From the human T2T-CHM13v2.0 reference genome, Homo sapiens, in NCBI RefSeq assembly GCF_009914755.1, contig NC_060927.1: a DNA stretch of 64,000 bases; one strand, written 5' to 3'. Under the pieces are notes generated by a model. It ran no database searches. It was not told where the DNA came from and was given only the letters and a program-made list of their open reading frames with translations. Shown piece after piece: positions 25,899-40,298 of the stretch (within the stretch, counting starts at the first letter, position 1; every line of letters starts with the position of its first letter). A program made the position numbers and the translations under genes.

Positions 25899-26104
25899 CG
25901 CATGAGCAGTGAACTTGCTCTGTGCTCTCTTGGTCTTACAATCTAACAGGAGACAGACAATAAATAAGCAAACCACATAAATAGAGACATTTGGTTTATA
26001 TATGAAAATATTACAGCCTAGTCATGGAAGAGGACCACATAATTGTTTTAGATTTATACAAAAGATTAAAACTGGTGATATGAAAATAATTGACAACTTC
26101 ATTT

Positions 26105-26231
26105 TTTATCTTGTTTATTTTTTTTGAGCTGGGGTCTTGTGATGTTGCCAAGGCTGGACTCTAACTTCTGGGCTCAAGCAATACTCTTGCATCAGTCTCT
26201 CAGGTAGCTAAGATTACAGGCACATGCCACC
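26105..26231 (-). mobile_element. Alu monomer (FLAM-like)
   Basis: ggggtcttgtgatgttgccaaggctggactctaacttctgggctcaagc...gattacaggcacatgccacc. Confidence 0.85.
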
Positions 26232-27005
26232 TAATTTACTTTAGAATAAAGTATCTCTTTTTCTTTTTATCCTGCCTCCCTTCCCCTTTTCAGCACATAT
26301 ACCTACCTCTTTTACCAAGTAAAGTCTATTTTTTGAAACAGTGATAGACTCCAAAGCATGTGGAATAAAAGAAATCACATCATCTTAGAAATTTCAGTTC
26401 ACCATTCTCTTTACTGTATGACAACCCTCTTATAAAAAACTGTGGCTGCATCTTTTTCTGAGCAATAATGAAACATTGGTTGGCTTTTTAATTTTCTCCC
26501 ATAGGCATGAATAGAAATGCTGAATACATAGCCTAGTGGTAGAGCAACAGAAAGATGCTGAAGCGGTAATTAAAGAGGTCTAATATCTGCTCCTAATTAC
26601 TTGATGTTAGTTAAGGTAGCTACTTCTGGGGCCTTAGTTTCCTCATCTACTAAATTGGAAGTTTGGCTAATTGACCTGTAGGATTCCTCCCAGTTCTCAC
26701 ATTTCCAGCTTCCAACTTTTTTTTTTCAGGGGAGGGAGACAAAAAACTCGTAGAAGTGTGGCTTAAATGCAGTGCTTGGGAGACATTCTGCATGGTTTAT
26801 AGGTTCCAAAGATGGAACTCAGTATGTGAGCTCTCTGTTACAGGCCTGACATACCATCCAGAAAAAGGCTAAAGGAACATTGGAAAATTCCAGATGATGC
26901 AGGGATTGTTTGAATTATCCAAAAAACGGCCCAGGAAGACGTGCACTTCAATTATGTCCCATTTGCTTCATTTGACCCCTCTACTTCTGAAATAGGTGAA
27001 GTAGG

Positions 27006-27007
<2 letters not shown>

Positions 27008-27042
<35 letters not shown>
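27008..27042 (+). repeat. (CA)n microsatellite
   Basis: ~17 pure repeats. Confidence 0.97.
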
Positions 27043-27043
<1 letters not shown>

Positions 27044-27841
27044 TCTGATTCCCCAAAGCTCTGAGCCTTCTGTGTCTTTGAAGCTTCAACCTTTCAAAAT
27101 AAAAACTGTATTGTTTTTAACAACTGGGTCTCTCTCTCCAGCTTCCTACCCCCTGCCCAGATTTTCTCTTCTCTGTGTTCTACCTCAGTTCCCTCTCAGC
27201 TGTCTGGCTCCTGCTGTTGGGCATTGTGATTTAAGGTACTCTATGCTTTCCTTTCCTTACCATGGTGCCTTTGATTCAGATACAGACAGATACATTATTG
27301 ATCAGATTTTGGCTGCTGCTGTTAGCTTGCTGGTGCTGTACTAGTAACTAATAAGCTAGTAAGAGAAGACGATGAAGAGAGCCGACCGACCTCCTTTTAA
27401 AAAGCAAGTGGATGACAACTCCATAGCCTGCACCTGGGAACTTTTAATAAATGCTACCTGCTTTCCTGCTAGAATCCCTTTGCTCATTTGGTCAGACAGC
27501 TTCAGTGTGCACAGGCTGGGTGGTCCATATGCCAGGTAGTGAAGGGCTGCTTGGATGAAGAAAATGATACTGTCATATAGGGAAGACCATTCTTTGTTTC
27601 ATAGTGTATAAGTAGCTGGGTTTTTTTTTCTAAATGTTCCACATAAAGATCAAAGTATCAATTTTGTACTAGATTTTCTATAATCCTATTTAATATTTGC
27701 CACCAACCTACGATGTAGCTATATCATTCCACCTGAGGATACTTAGGTTGAGAAAACTCATGCACTGGACACTATGTAAGTTGTCTACCTCTCTTTGCTG
27801 AAATGAATCAGGTTAACCTCCCATCTAAAGATCATAGCAGA

Positions 27842-28140
<299 letters not shown>

Positions 28141-28329
28141 TCATAGCAGAGCCATTACTGAAGCTCAGGTCTGCAGACTCTGAACCTATATCCTTCTCCG
28201 GATACTGGAGGCTGCTCTGCTGGCAATTCTCTCCTGCTGCTCATTCTTCGACACCTTTTTTGAGCTCTCAGAAAGATGACTGAAAAGGATACAGGAAAAT
28301 ACTTCTTATCTTACTTAAGGTTCCTCCTT

Positions 28330-29250
<921 letters not shown>

Positions 29251-29365
29251 TATCATGTCAACTGAGGTTAACTGGGCTCTGATATTTTAAAGAACTTCAT
29301 TTATTTTTGTGTTTCAATATCTTTATAAGGCTTGTTTTAAAATGCCCTAATATTGAGGGCTTAAC

Positions 29366-29369
<4 letters not shown>

Positions 29370-29418
<49 letters not shown>
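29370..29418. repeat. Pure (TA)24 microsatellite
   Basis: 49-bp uninterrupted alternating TA. Confidence 0.98.
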
Positions 29419-29425
<7 letters not shown>

Positions 29426-29599
29426 CAGTCATTTTTTCCTAAAAATGAGTTTTGAAAGATGAAAAGAGAATAGAGAATCATGGGGCCCTAAGTCCCTTAA
29501 CAGTGAGTGGAGACCTAGGGGATCAAAGGAAAACAATGTGGAGGGAGAGAGGGGCAATGCTGAACTATGAGCTTCTCTGTACTGCACAGAGGTGACGGG

Positions 29600-29770
29600 A
29601 GGGAGGGCTGCACTGGCAATTAGGAAAATTGGATTCTAGCCCTGCTTCACCATTTACTTCTCTCCTGTGCATGCCACTTAACCTCTCCTAACCTCAGTTT
29701 CTTCATTTATAAAATAAGGAAATTGTGTTGGATGATTTCAGAGGTGCCTTCTAGCTCAGAAATCTATAAA
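29600..29770 (+). mobile_element. MIR3/MIR fragment
   Basis: ccacttaacctccctaacctcagtttcttcatttataaaat...ggatgatttcagaggtgccttctagctc. Confidence 0.75.
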
Positions 29771-32647
29771 ATTCTATGAAACATCATTCTTTCTCCCACC
29801 ACATAATTGGCAAGACGTGGTAATGAAATAAGGAATATAATTCATCTTTCAGTGCACATTTTCTCTGTCTTGCAGATGCAAGTAGTTGATAGGTCTTGTT
29901 TTTCCCACTTCTCACTTACAATCTGGATAAGAGGAGAGGGAATTTTCTAGTATGTGGTACTTTATATTTTATCTGACTCAGCCCACCTGTTTTTAGAAAG
30001 TATTTCAGGCCCTCTAATGTTATGTATTCCAAACCTACAGAGATAAAGTCTGACCTGGTCCCAGTCACTCCAGCGGAATGGCACTTGCCCTCATCCTTTA
30101 ATGCTCTTAGCTTGTGGTTATGGAAGAGACAAAACTGTAAGCCTAGATAATCACTATTTAAAGATGTGACATATGAAAGCCAGTGCAACTTGAGAAATAC
30201 TTCTTGAGTATCTACCGCATATTTGGCAGTGCTAAGCATTATATATTCAAAGATGAAGGCCCTGCTTTGAAGAAGACAGGACTCTAAACACAGAAGAATT
30301 AACATTTCTGTTACAACAGTACATCTAACACCAGGCAGATTGATCAGAGCTATGGATGTACAGAGGAGAGAGGCCATTTAGCCTGAGGAAAACTCTTTTG
30401 AGCCGGGCCTTAAAGGCAAGTAACTGATACCTAGGACATTCTTTTGCTAACAGTTTCTGACCTTACTGTAGCAAGGAAAATGTCTCCAACCCTCCCCACA
30501 TGACAGCCCCAGAGGCGTGCATATATATGGAGATCAAGCAAGTCCTTGGGAAATGAAGGATAAAGAAGAACCCAGGAATAGTAGAGCTGGTCTGGAAAAA
30601 TGAAAGAGTAAGGGAGTGTTGAGCAAACCAAGAGAACAATGGGCCCTGAAAGTAAGCAACAAGGAGGCAGAACAAGGGAGGGATGGGTAAGACCTTGGGG
30701 ATGGGCAGTGCCTCTTAGATGTTGCAGGTTTCATCGCAAAATGGTCTTGTTTTCCTTATTTCTTGAGAGACTGGGTTTCATTGGCCACCCCTTAATAACT
30801 GCTGCTAAAATTTACTTCCTTTCATATATAGTCCCTTCTCACCTACAAGCTGCCATGAACATAGCATGTTTTGTCCTGAAGACTTGGCTAAGTGGAACAA
30901 ACATTGAAGTAGCAGTAAAGCACAGGCACCCTGCAGGGGTGAAGATGAATGGAAATGCAACTAGGAAATATTTCACAACCAGGTGTAAATAGATGGAGAA
31001 AGGAAAGAAAATATTTCTATCATGAAGTGATTTACACTAGATTTAGACTAAGACTCATAGCCAAGTGCAGCAAACAGCAGTTAGTCACATGTGAAAGTAC
31101 AAATACTGTATTTGTTTTCTTCAAGTAACATGTCAGTTTAAATCAAATCAGCAAATACTTTTTAATGATATTATTGCTCCCAAAATATTTTCATTCCTTG
31201 ATTCATTTAGTTTTCTTCCAATAGAGTGAGAGTCAGAATTGTTGGGGTCCCAGGGTCGGGAAGAAGAGGACATGATTTTAATGGTTGACCAGTGACTATT
31301 TGTTTATTGGGTAATAAATTAAGGGGCTCCACATCTTTCTAAATCTAAAAGTATCTCCCACCAGCCTGTATTTCTGAGGCCAGAGTTGTCTTGTGTATAA
31401 GGATGGTGAATTCCCATAAAGGTTCTATTCAACTGTCAATTAATAATCCAATACCTGAAGCTATTAACAGATGTGTTCTGCCAGGCACTTTGCGAAGTCA
31501 CTAAGTAGAAGGAAAAAATTTGTTTTGTGATTGCAAAGAAAACAATCAAGGTAAAAGAATACTCTATTTTGATGCCTAATAATATGTCATAAAAAGAAGA
31601 GGCATTAATGACAGACATTGTCTAATTATTTTAGGTATTAACTGGGGGTCTAAGAAATATACTAAGTCATGAGTAATTTTCAAGTTTTTATTAGAATATC
31701 TGAAATCTTTGAAAAATGGGGTGTTGTGTTTTCAGTGCTAGAGGACTAACACTATTCTTTCAGATTCTCTACATACGTGGTTTTATTGGTTGAGCTGCAG
31801 AGTGCTCTGGATCTACATAATTATAAGCCATATTATCACATGGTTCTAGCTTTATTATTTATGCAGAACTAAGGACTTTTATTCTTTTATTCATTTATTC
31901 TACAGATCACAAAAGCGGAATGTTCAAGGTCTTATTCAAGGCCTTTCATTGAGTTATAACGATAACGCTAAAGGAAAAGCAAAAATAAAACCCCGAGCTT
32001 TCAATTCTCAGTCCAATGTTTCCTGTAGATTCTACTGTTTCTGAAATACCCAAGAGAAGAATTCTAGAGCATGCCTCATCAAAGAAACCACAATTTGTAG
32101 AGAAAGCAAAGATTTTAAAGGTATCTGACTGGCAAATCCATGCCTTCTCCTTGGCTTCTTCTCAGCCCCTGAAGCTGCCACATTAAGAAGCTGTGTGATT
32201 TCATGTGGACTGTGTGATTGGCAGCTTGAGAGGCCATCTAAGGCCACCTTAGATCTAAGGCCATCTAAGGCTCCCACACAAGGGAGCATGCTCATGCATA
32301 TGTCCCAAAAGCAATTCTGGAAGTTAAGATAAATTAATAAATGAGAACTGTAGTGATAAAACTTCATGTTATTGCTTTCTGCCTTTAATAACCAATCTAA
32401 TATTTAATCAATGAACAAGTACTTATTTCCAAAATATCATGCAAGAAGCTATGGAAGGTAGAGACAAATAATGAAATGGCTCCTGCTCTCAAGCTGCTTG
32501 TGATTCTATCTTAAGGGACGTTCTTGTCTTTGGCCAATGAAATGTAAAAGATCTATTTTCACCTTATCTCAGAATCCTCAGATATTTTCACTTGAGCTGG
32601 GATGTGATTCATGCGGTTTCGGCTATGGTCAATATAAAATATGTACT

Positions 32648-32889
32648 CTTTTTTTTTTTTTAATCCAAGTTTCCCTCTTTTGCCCAGTCTGGAGTGCAAT
32701 GGCGTGATCTCAGCTCACTGCAGCTTCGTCACCGGGGTCAGGTGATTTTCCTGCTTCAGCTTCCCGAGTAGCTGGGATTACAGACATGTGCCACCATGCC
32801 CAGCTACTTTTTTTTGTACTTTTAATAGACATGCAGTTTCACCATGTAAGCCAGGCTGGTCTTGAACTCCTGACCTCAAGTGATCTGCC
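32648..32889 (-). mobile_element. Alu (old), 5'-truncated
   Basis: Poly-T, reverse right arm and partial left arm ending caagtgatctgcc. Confidence 0.92.
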
Positions 32890-33378
32890 AGTGCTTATTT
32901 TATATAAATATTAAAAGACACAAAAAGATAATTGATGTGAGCTGCCCTTCCTGACACAAGTCTAGACATATTTATATATATTGATGCTGAAAAGGTAGCA
33001 GACTGTCCCAACTGTACATGTGGCACCTACTGGAGGGGAAGCAATTCATGTCAGGATGCAGGGCGATTTTGTCAGATGAATCGGAATGGATTTTCATAGA
33101 AGATAAAGGACATAAAGAGGAGTAGAGATGAAGTCCCATATTCTTTGAAATATGCTAGTCCTCTTAGGCAGAAAAAGCTGCTGTCCTGAAGAGGGGAGTT
33201 TGGGACCAGTGATGGCCATGTAGGATGAAATCTAAGATCTGAGATCATTTTCTGAGTCATTTGTGGACATCATATTAGTAGATGTGCCCTTATCTACCTA
33301 CTCAACTGATACTGATAACATGCTATTATTGGCATAATATGGTAGATATTCTTAAAAAAAAAAACAAAAAAAAAAACC

Positions 33379-33796
<418 letters not shown>

Positions 33797-34322
33797 TTAT
33801 TCCCTATAAAACTATTGAAAATAATGCCATAGCAATAGAAGTGCTCATTTTGCACAAAATGAATGTCTTGCACATAAACTTGCCAAGTTTCAACCTCTAA
33901 TAGAAAGATATTAATGCTATGCTTCACTTTATGTAATATGAACCTGAAAATTATGAGTAAATATTTCTGGAAATATCAAACCGTGTAAAATACACTATGA
34001 AAGTTGACTAAAATGATTTCATGGAATTCGAAAACTTTTACTAATAGTTGATTCTGCTGCAGGCATTGAACTAGCTTGTATGAATTTACAGATGAATATA
34101 ATTTGGTTCCTGTCATCAAAAATCTTTGTTTATATAAGACAGAGATGCATGAAAAAAAAATGTCAAGATCACATGCTGAGTGCAAAGACAGAAAGATAGT
34201 ATGAGAGAACAAAGGAGCAGCTTGTTCACCTTATGGAGGTCAGTAACCGTTTCTGCAAGAAATGGCCGAACTGAGTCTTGAAGAAAGAGCAAAGATTCTT
34301 AAAGAATTCTTTCATCCAGTAG

Positions 34323-34671
<349 letters not shown>

Positions 34672-36071
34672 ATTGTTCTTTATTTTACTTGTATTCTTTG
34701 TGTAACCTTGGCCAAGACACACCCTAAATTCTCTAACTCTTCAATTGTGAAAGGGAATTAGAAGCAAACTCACTCAGCAGGTCATTTGTTAAGGGCAGTT
34801 CCATGTTGATAATCTATATATTCTTTGTTTTTTGTTTTTGTTCTTATGCAGTTTTAAAAATATAGTAAGTGTTCTTAATGCAAAGCATCCTGTCTTGGGT
34901 TTATATCATAAATAATATCAGTGCATTTATGTTTAATCTGAAAATATAAGAAATGAGCATTAGCAGTGTTGGGAACACGTTTTATTAAGTCTACACCAAT
35001 CTGGGAGAAAAGAGCAGTGCATTTGTTTCCATGCCTATATTAATGAAAACGGTTATAAAATAGGGAGGGGATGACCTCCTGGAGAGAAAAAGACACAATA
35101 ATTACAATATATCAAACTCTGCCTTCTGAGAAGTGTCTGTGACTACATGTCTATTATCTTAGTGTATCAATTTTCACTCTCAAATGACTTCCTCTTAATT
35201 AGCATATTAGTGGAGAAAGTTTGTATTGAATTGTTTTACATTTATTTTGCTTCAGCTTTTTTTCTGTGGGGAGTGGGGTGAGGAGGATATTGATGCGACT
35301 CATGTGAATACAAAGGTTCTGAATGAAAAGGCCTTTAGTCACCTGTGCAAATAATCATATCTTTTGTGGAAGAGCGTATTGAGTATGGGGCCAGGAGCCT
35401 ATGCCCAGCATCATCTGTATTGTGTGGTAAAGGACAAGGCTTCCTAAATTCTCCCACAGTTCCTCAGTTCCCCACACGTAAAGCATAATGATCTGTGTGT
35501 ATTAAGGTAGACTTTCACTCTACTTTGTTTGGGTTGTTGAGTCATTAAAACACCATGTTACTGACTTGATAAAGAATCCAAGATGAGGAAAAATATCTCA
35601 CAAATACATTAATTAGAATTACACTGACTATTCATATATGGAGGAAAACCGACAGTGCTAATGATCTGTTTCGAGTGATAGTTGCCTTTCCCAAGATTTG
35701 GTAGTATCAAAATGAAAAACAAGAACCCTTCATGGAGAGAGAGTAAGGGAACATTGACACATGCATTGCTGTCTACTGAAGCTCAAAGATATTGAATTAA
35801 TTAGCCTTTGGGCTGTCTCTAAATGTTCATCTTAATTTTTTTTCCTTTTCCCTTAACTGCTGCATAGTACATGAAGAATCTTAATTTGCACATGCTAATG
35901 TACCTTCATAAAGAGATCCTTTGGAAAGCTCTTTAAAATGTTGAAGCAGCCTTGACTGTAATGCTTTATAAAGCTTCTGATTTTAAAAACAAAATGTATG
36001 AATAGAGCTTTTTTTTATTTTAACCTGTCAAGCTTTCATCAGCCATTGGTGATTTTTAAATAGATTTTTTA

Positions 36072-36388
<317 letters not shown>

Positions 36389-37167
36389 GATTTTTTAGTA
36401 GGGAGGTTAGTTTACAAACTCTGGTCAGTTTTGGAACTCAGACTTAACAACAGCTAAGGTGTAGGTGCCTGATTCGTTTCTAATACCGAGTATATATCTG
36501 ATGGCCTCTATGGTGGAAAGCTTTTTTTTAGTAGATCTGGAAAAGAGAAATACATATTTCCCTTTTTCTAAATTCACGATCTAAAAAGATCAGATACATA
36601 TTGAAAAAGGAATAATAATCTTTTAACAAGGGTATAGATGTTTCTGACTAAACAGTAAATGTCCTATCAGGTAGATAGACCAGTCCCTGTTTCTCAGCAT
36701 GTAATTGACCCTAGGAAAGTAATACAGAGCAGACAAGCCTCCAGGGTTTTGCTACCCCCAAACAAACTCCTGCTTATTCACGCACAGGTGGCTTCTCTTA
36801 TGTATGTATTTATTTTATTTATTGTTCAGAGTACTATATCTTTCCCAACCATTGAGATCTAATATTGAGGACCTCTTTTTTTTTTTTTTTTGCTGAGAAA
36901 GTTTTGTGCTGAAGGAAAGAGAGCAATCTTTGGAATCAGAGAGACCTGGGTTCAGATCCCAGCTTCCTTATTTTGATTTGAGGCACCAATAAAAATGAAA
37001 ATATAAGTCTATCAACGTATAAATATATCATATAAACCAGATACACACACACACTCACACATATATATAGGTTTATACTCATACGTATCATACATATGTG
37101 TACTGTATATACATGGAAATTTGCGTATATATAATTTTGCTAATTATATATATAATTATATATATAA

Positions 37168-37644
37168 AACCCTAGAACAATATGAGTTTGAACTGTACAG
37201 ATCTACCTACACATTGATTTTCTTCTGCCTCTGCCACCTCTGAGACAATAAGATCAACCCCTACTCTTTCTTCTCCTTCTCAATATGAAGATTATGAGGA
37301 CAAAGACATTTAATGATGATCCATTTCCATGTAATGAATAGTAAATATATTTTATATTTCTAATGAATTTCTCCAGAACATTTTGTTTGCTCTAGCTTAC
37401 ATTATGGTAAGAATACAGTATATAATACATATGACATACAAAGTATATGTTGACTTTTATGTTATTCGTAAGGCTTCTTGTCAACAATAGATTATCAGTA
37501 CAGTTTTTGGAGAGTAAAAAGTTATATGCAGAATTTCAACTGCACCATACCTGGCTAGCCTCTTAAGCCATAGCCACACCTCAAATGCATCTCTGAATTT
37601 ACTTCATAGCATCTCTAACCCCAATATTGTGCAAGGCTCAACTA
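37168..37644 (+). mobile_element. Tigger2a (TcMar-Tigger) MITE with a 66-bp foreign insert
   Basis: gagtttgaactg...cctctgccacctctgagaca...gatgatccatttccatgtaatgaatagtaaat...caaggctcaact; embedded in TA-rich DNA. Confidence 0.85.
37544..37609 (+). repeat. 66-bp dispersed duplication of 38358-38424
   Basis: ~88% identity (7 mismatches, 1 gap), same orientation. Confidence 0.9.
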
Positions 37645-37889
37645 TATAAATATATATATGTATGTGCATGTGTATACATGTAATCACATATATACACATA
37701 TATATATACATCTCTCTCTATATATATATATATACATATATATATATCTTGCTAGTGATATATGTGTTTATCACTAGCAAGGTGATCACTAGCAAGATTA
37801 TTACTTTAAAAATAGAACGCATTTATAAAAGCAACTAGTTCAAAGCCTGAAATAATGGATATTTAAATTTTTTTATTTAAATTTTATTT

Positions 37890-38230
37890 TATTCCTAGAA
37901 TGTTATCAATTACTCAGTCCTTTTATTGATTCTTCCTTTGAAATGGCTTTTGCGTCTCAGTTTTCATTGCCACTACTTCAGCCCAAATATTAACTATATT
38001 ATACTTGTGTTATTCTAATAACAGCTACTGTCCTCTTGACTGAATTCTTGTTGCCCTTAAAACAAATTGATAAATTCCCATTAAACCAATTTCAAAACTA
38101 TATTCATCCTGTCATTTCTCTATTCCAAATATTCAGAAGCTCCCTAGTGTTGACAAGATAGAGTTTACAGCTTCAAAAACTTGTACAGTTTGGCCATAAT
38201 CTATTTTCCCAATGACTTTCCCATTAGCCC
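37890..38230 (+). mobile_element. L2 internal fragment
   Basis: cattgccactacttcagccc...tcatcctgtcatttctctattccaaatattcagaagctccc. Confidence 0.55.
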
Positions 38231-38429
38231 TTATCATGAAATTTTTACCGAAAAGCAACTGGCAACCATTTATTGCGCCAAATTTCCCCAAATACTAGAT
38301 CAGGAATTATTCTGGACATCATAGCTGAATTCTCACCTCCTCTGAGATGCATCTACTACCATACTTGGCTAGCCTCCTGAGGCCATAGCCACACCTCAAA
38401 TGCATCTCTGAAATCACTCCAGAGTCAGA

Positions 38430-38575
38430 TTCAGCTAGTAAGTATCAAGTAAATTCTAAATGCCAAGCATTGTGCTATATGCTATGTTAAATCATTTAAT
38501 CGTCTTTATAATCCAGTGAAACTGGTGATGTGATCTCCATTTTATGAATTATATAACTGAGGCTCAGGGAGAGCT
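38430..38575 (-). mobile_element. MIR fragment
   Basis: atgccaagcattgtgcta...ctccattttatgaattatataactgaggctcag. Confidence 0.75.
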
Positions 38576-39936
38576 TTAACAAGTAGAGTATCATAATTAT
38601 TTATTCCTTTTTCCCTATAACACTAACATTCATTTATTCTTTATCCATGTATTAACTCATTCATCCATTTCAATGTTCATGGAGTCCTTATAATGTTCCA
38701 TGCATTTTTCTAAGTGCTGTGGCAATCTGTACTGCAGCTGTTCAATAGATGTTTTCGGCCTTCAACTGTTAAAGCTGCATGGTCCCTGTTCTGATGGCTT
38801 TGTACAGCCAGGCTTTCTCAATCAGAACCTAACGCATCCCTTCTTGAGCTGAGGAATTTGTCCTATTGTCTTTATCAGAGACAACAAACTGAGTCTTCTC
38901 CTAACTATATTTTCAGCAATTATCCTGGTTCATGGTTGATGTTCAGCAAATAATTTATTAATACATACATATATGCACACATAGTAGCTGTTCAATTAAA
39001 CTTTGTGTAATGAATGAATGAACAATTGTGGCTTTGATCCATTGCCCTTTTCTAATTTATCTGTGACTTTTGTCTTCCAGAAGATTTGTTTTTTTCTTTT
39101 TTCCTAAGAGGAGAGAAATCTGGGGAATTGGATGCAAGGCATGTGCTGAGCAATAAATCAGCTTGCAGAAAGCTTGCGACAAGCTTATGTAGCATAAATT
39201 ATTTCCATACAGCACTACTACCATGTGAGGCTAAACTGAGGTTGGACCTCATTCGTATAGCATAAGGTCTCTATTTTTCCACACCAATGTTACCTCATTT
39301 TAACCTAAATAACTGAAAATTTGATCAGATGGAGAAGGAGAAAAGGGATGAGCAATGGCTGTTGTTGTTCCAGGCTTTTATTAAATTGTACTTTTAAGAA
39401 CCCATGTCATTTATGGGTTCTTTTATCAAGAGTTCTCATAGAGTGTGAGGTCCAAATGGAATGCATGACACAACAGGCAGCCACACGGAGACTGAGGGCT
39501 TTGAATGGGAGGCGGTGTGGAGGCTGTGTGGAAAAGCTCCAGGCAGCTGGGAGAGGTACAAAAGGGAAGAGGCAACAAAAGAACTGTGCCTATGTGCTCA
39601 GATCAAAAAACACTCTGCTGACTCTTGGCACAGAGATGAAGTGTCACAGCCCCTCTTTGACTCTTGACCTGTAGAAATGTAGACTCCAGTCACACAAACA
39701 CATTTTTTGATGACTCTAGGCCAGCCTCCATTTGGGCTGGTCCCCTACCACATCAGAGATCTGTACTCGCGTCAGACTGTCTTTCTCACAGGCAATAGGC
39801 CACTGAGTTTCCCAGGAATGCTAATAATCTCTCCCTGGGGCGGTTTGCCTTCTTCCTTTCAGAGTGTGATTAACTTAGGTAGCATCTCTTTTGAGGGCAT
39901 AGCATAAGGCTTAGCTTCAAATCAGACTTTGCACAT

Positions 39937-40298
39937 TGATATGGTTTGGCTATGTACCCACCCAAATCTCATCTTGAATTGCAGCTCCCATAATTCCCAC
40001 ATGTTGTGGAAGAATCCAGTGGCAGATAATTGAATCGTGGGGGCAGTTTCCCCCATACTGTTCTCATGGCAGTGAATAAGTCTCACAAGATCTGATTGTT
40101 TTATAAGGGGTTTCCCCTTTCACTTGGCTCTCATTTTTCTCTTGCCTGCCACCATTTAAGATGTGCCTTTCACCTTCTGCCATGATTGTGAGGCTTCCCC
40201 AGCCACGTGGAACTGTGAGTCCATTAAACCTCTTTTTCTTTATAAACTACACAGTCTTGGGTGTGTCTTTATCAGCAGCATGAAAACGGACTAATACA
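39937..40298 (+). mobile_element. THE1B solo MaLR LTR (362 bp)
   Basis: tgatatggtttggct...gaaaacggactaataca; TSD cacat/cacct. Confidence 0.95.

Larger units (their letters stand above)
24310..25975 (-). mobile_element. L2 3' end hosting nested LTRs (pieces 24310-24397 and ~25899-25975)
   Basis: cattcattcaa...gcatttactatgtgccaaac; resumes with ctcttggtcttacaatctaacaggagacagacaataaataagc. Confidence 0.65.

Noticed and set aside
29916-30377. Longest ORF (153 aa, minus strand)
   Set aside because: No recognisable domain, overlaps a degenerate L2, no convincing splice context
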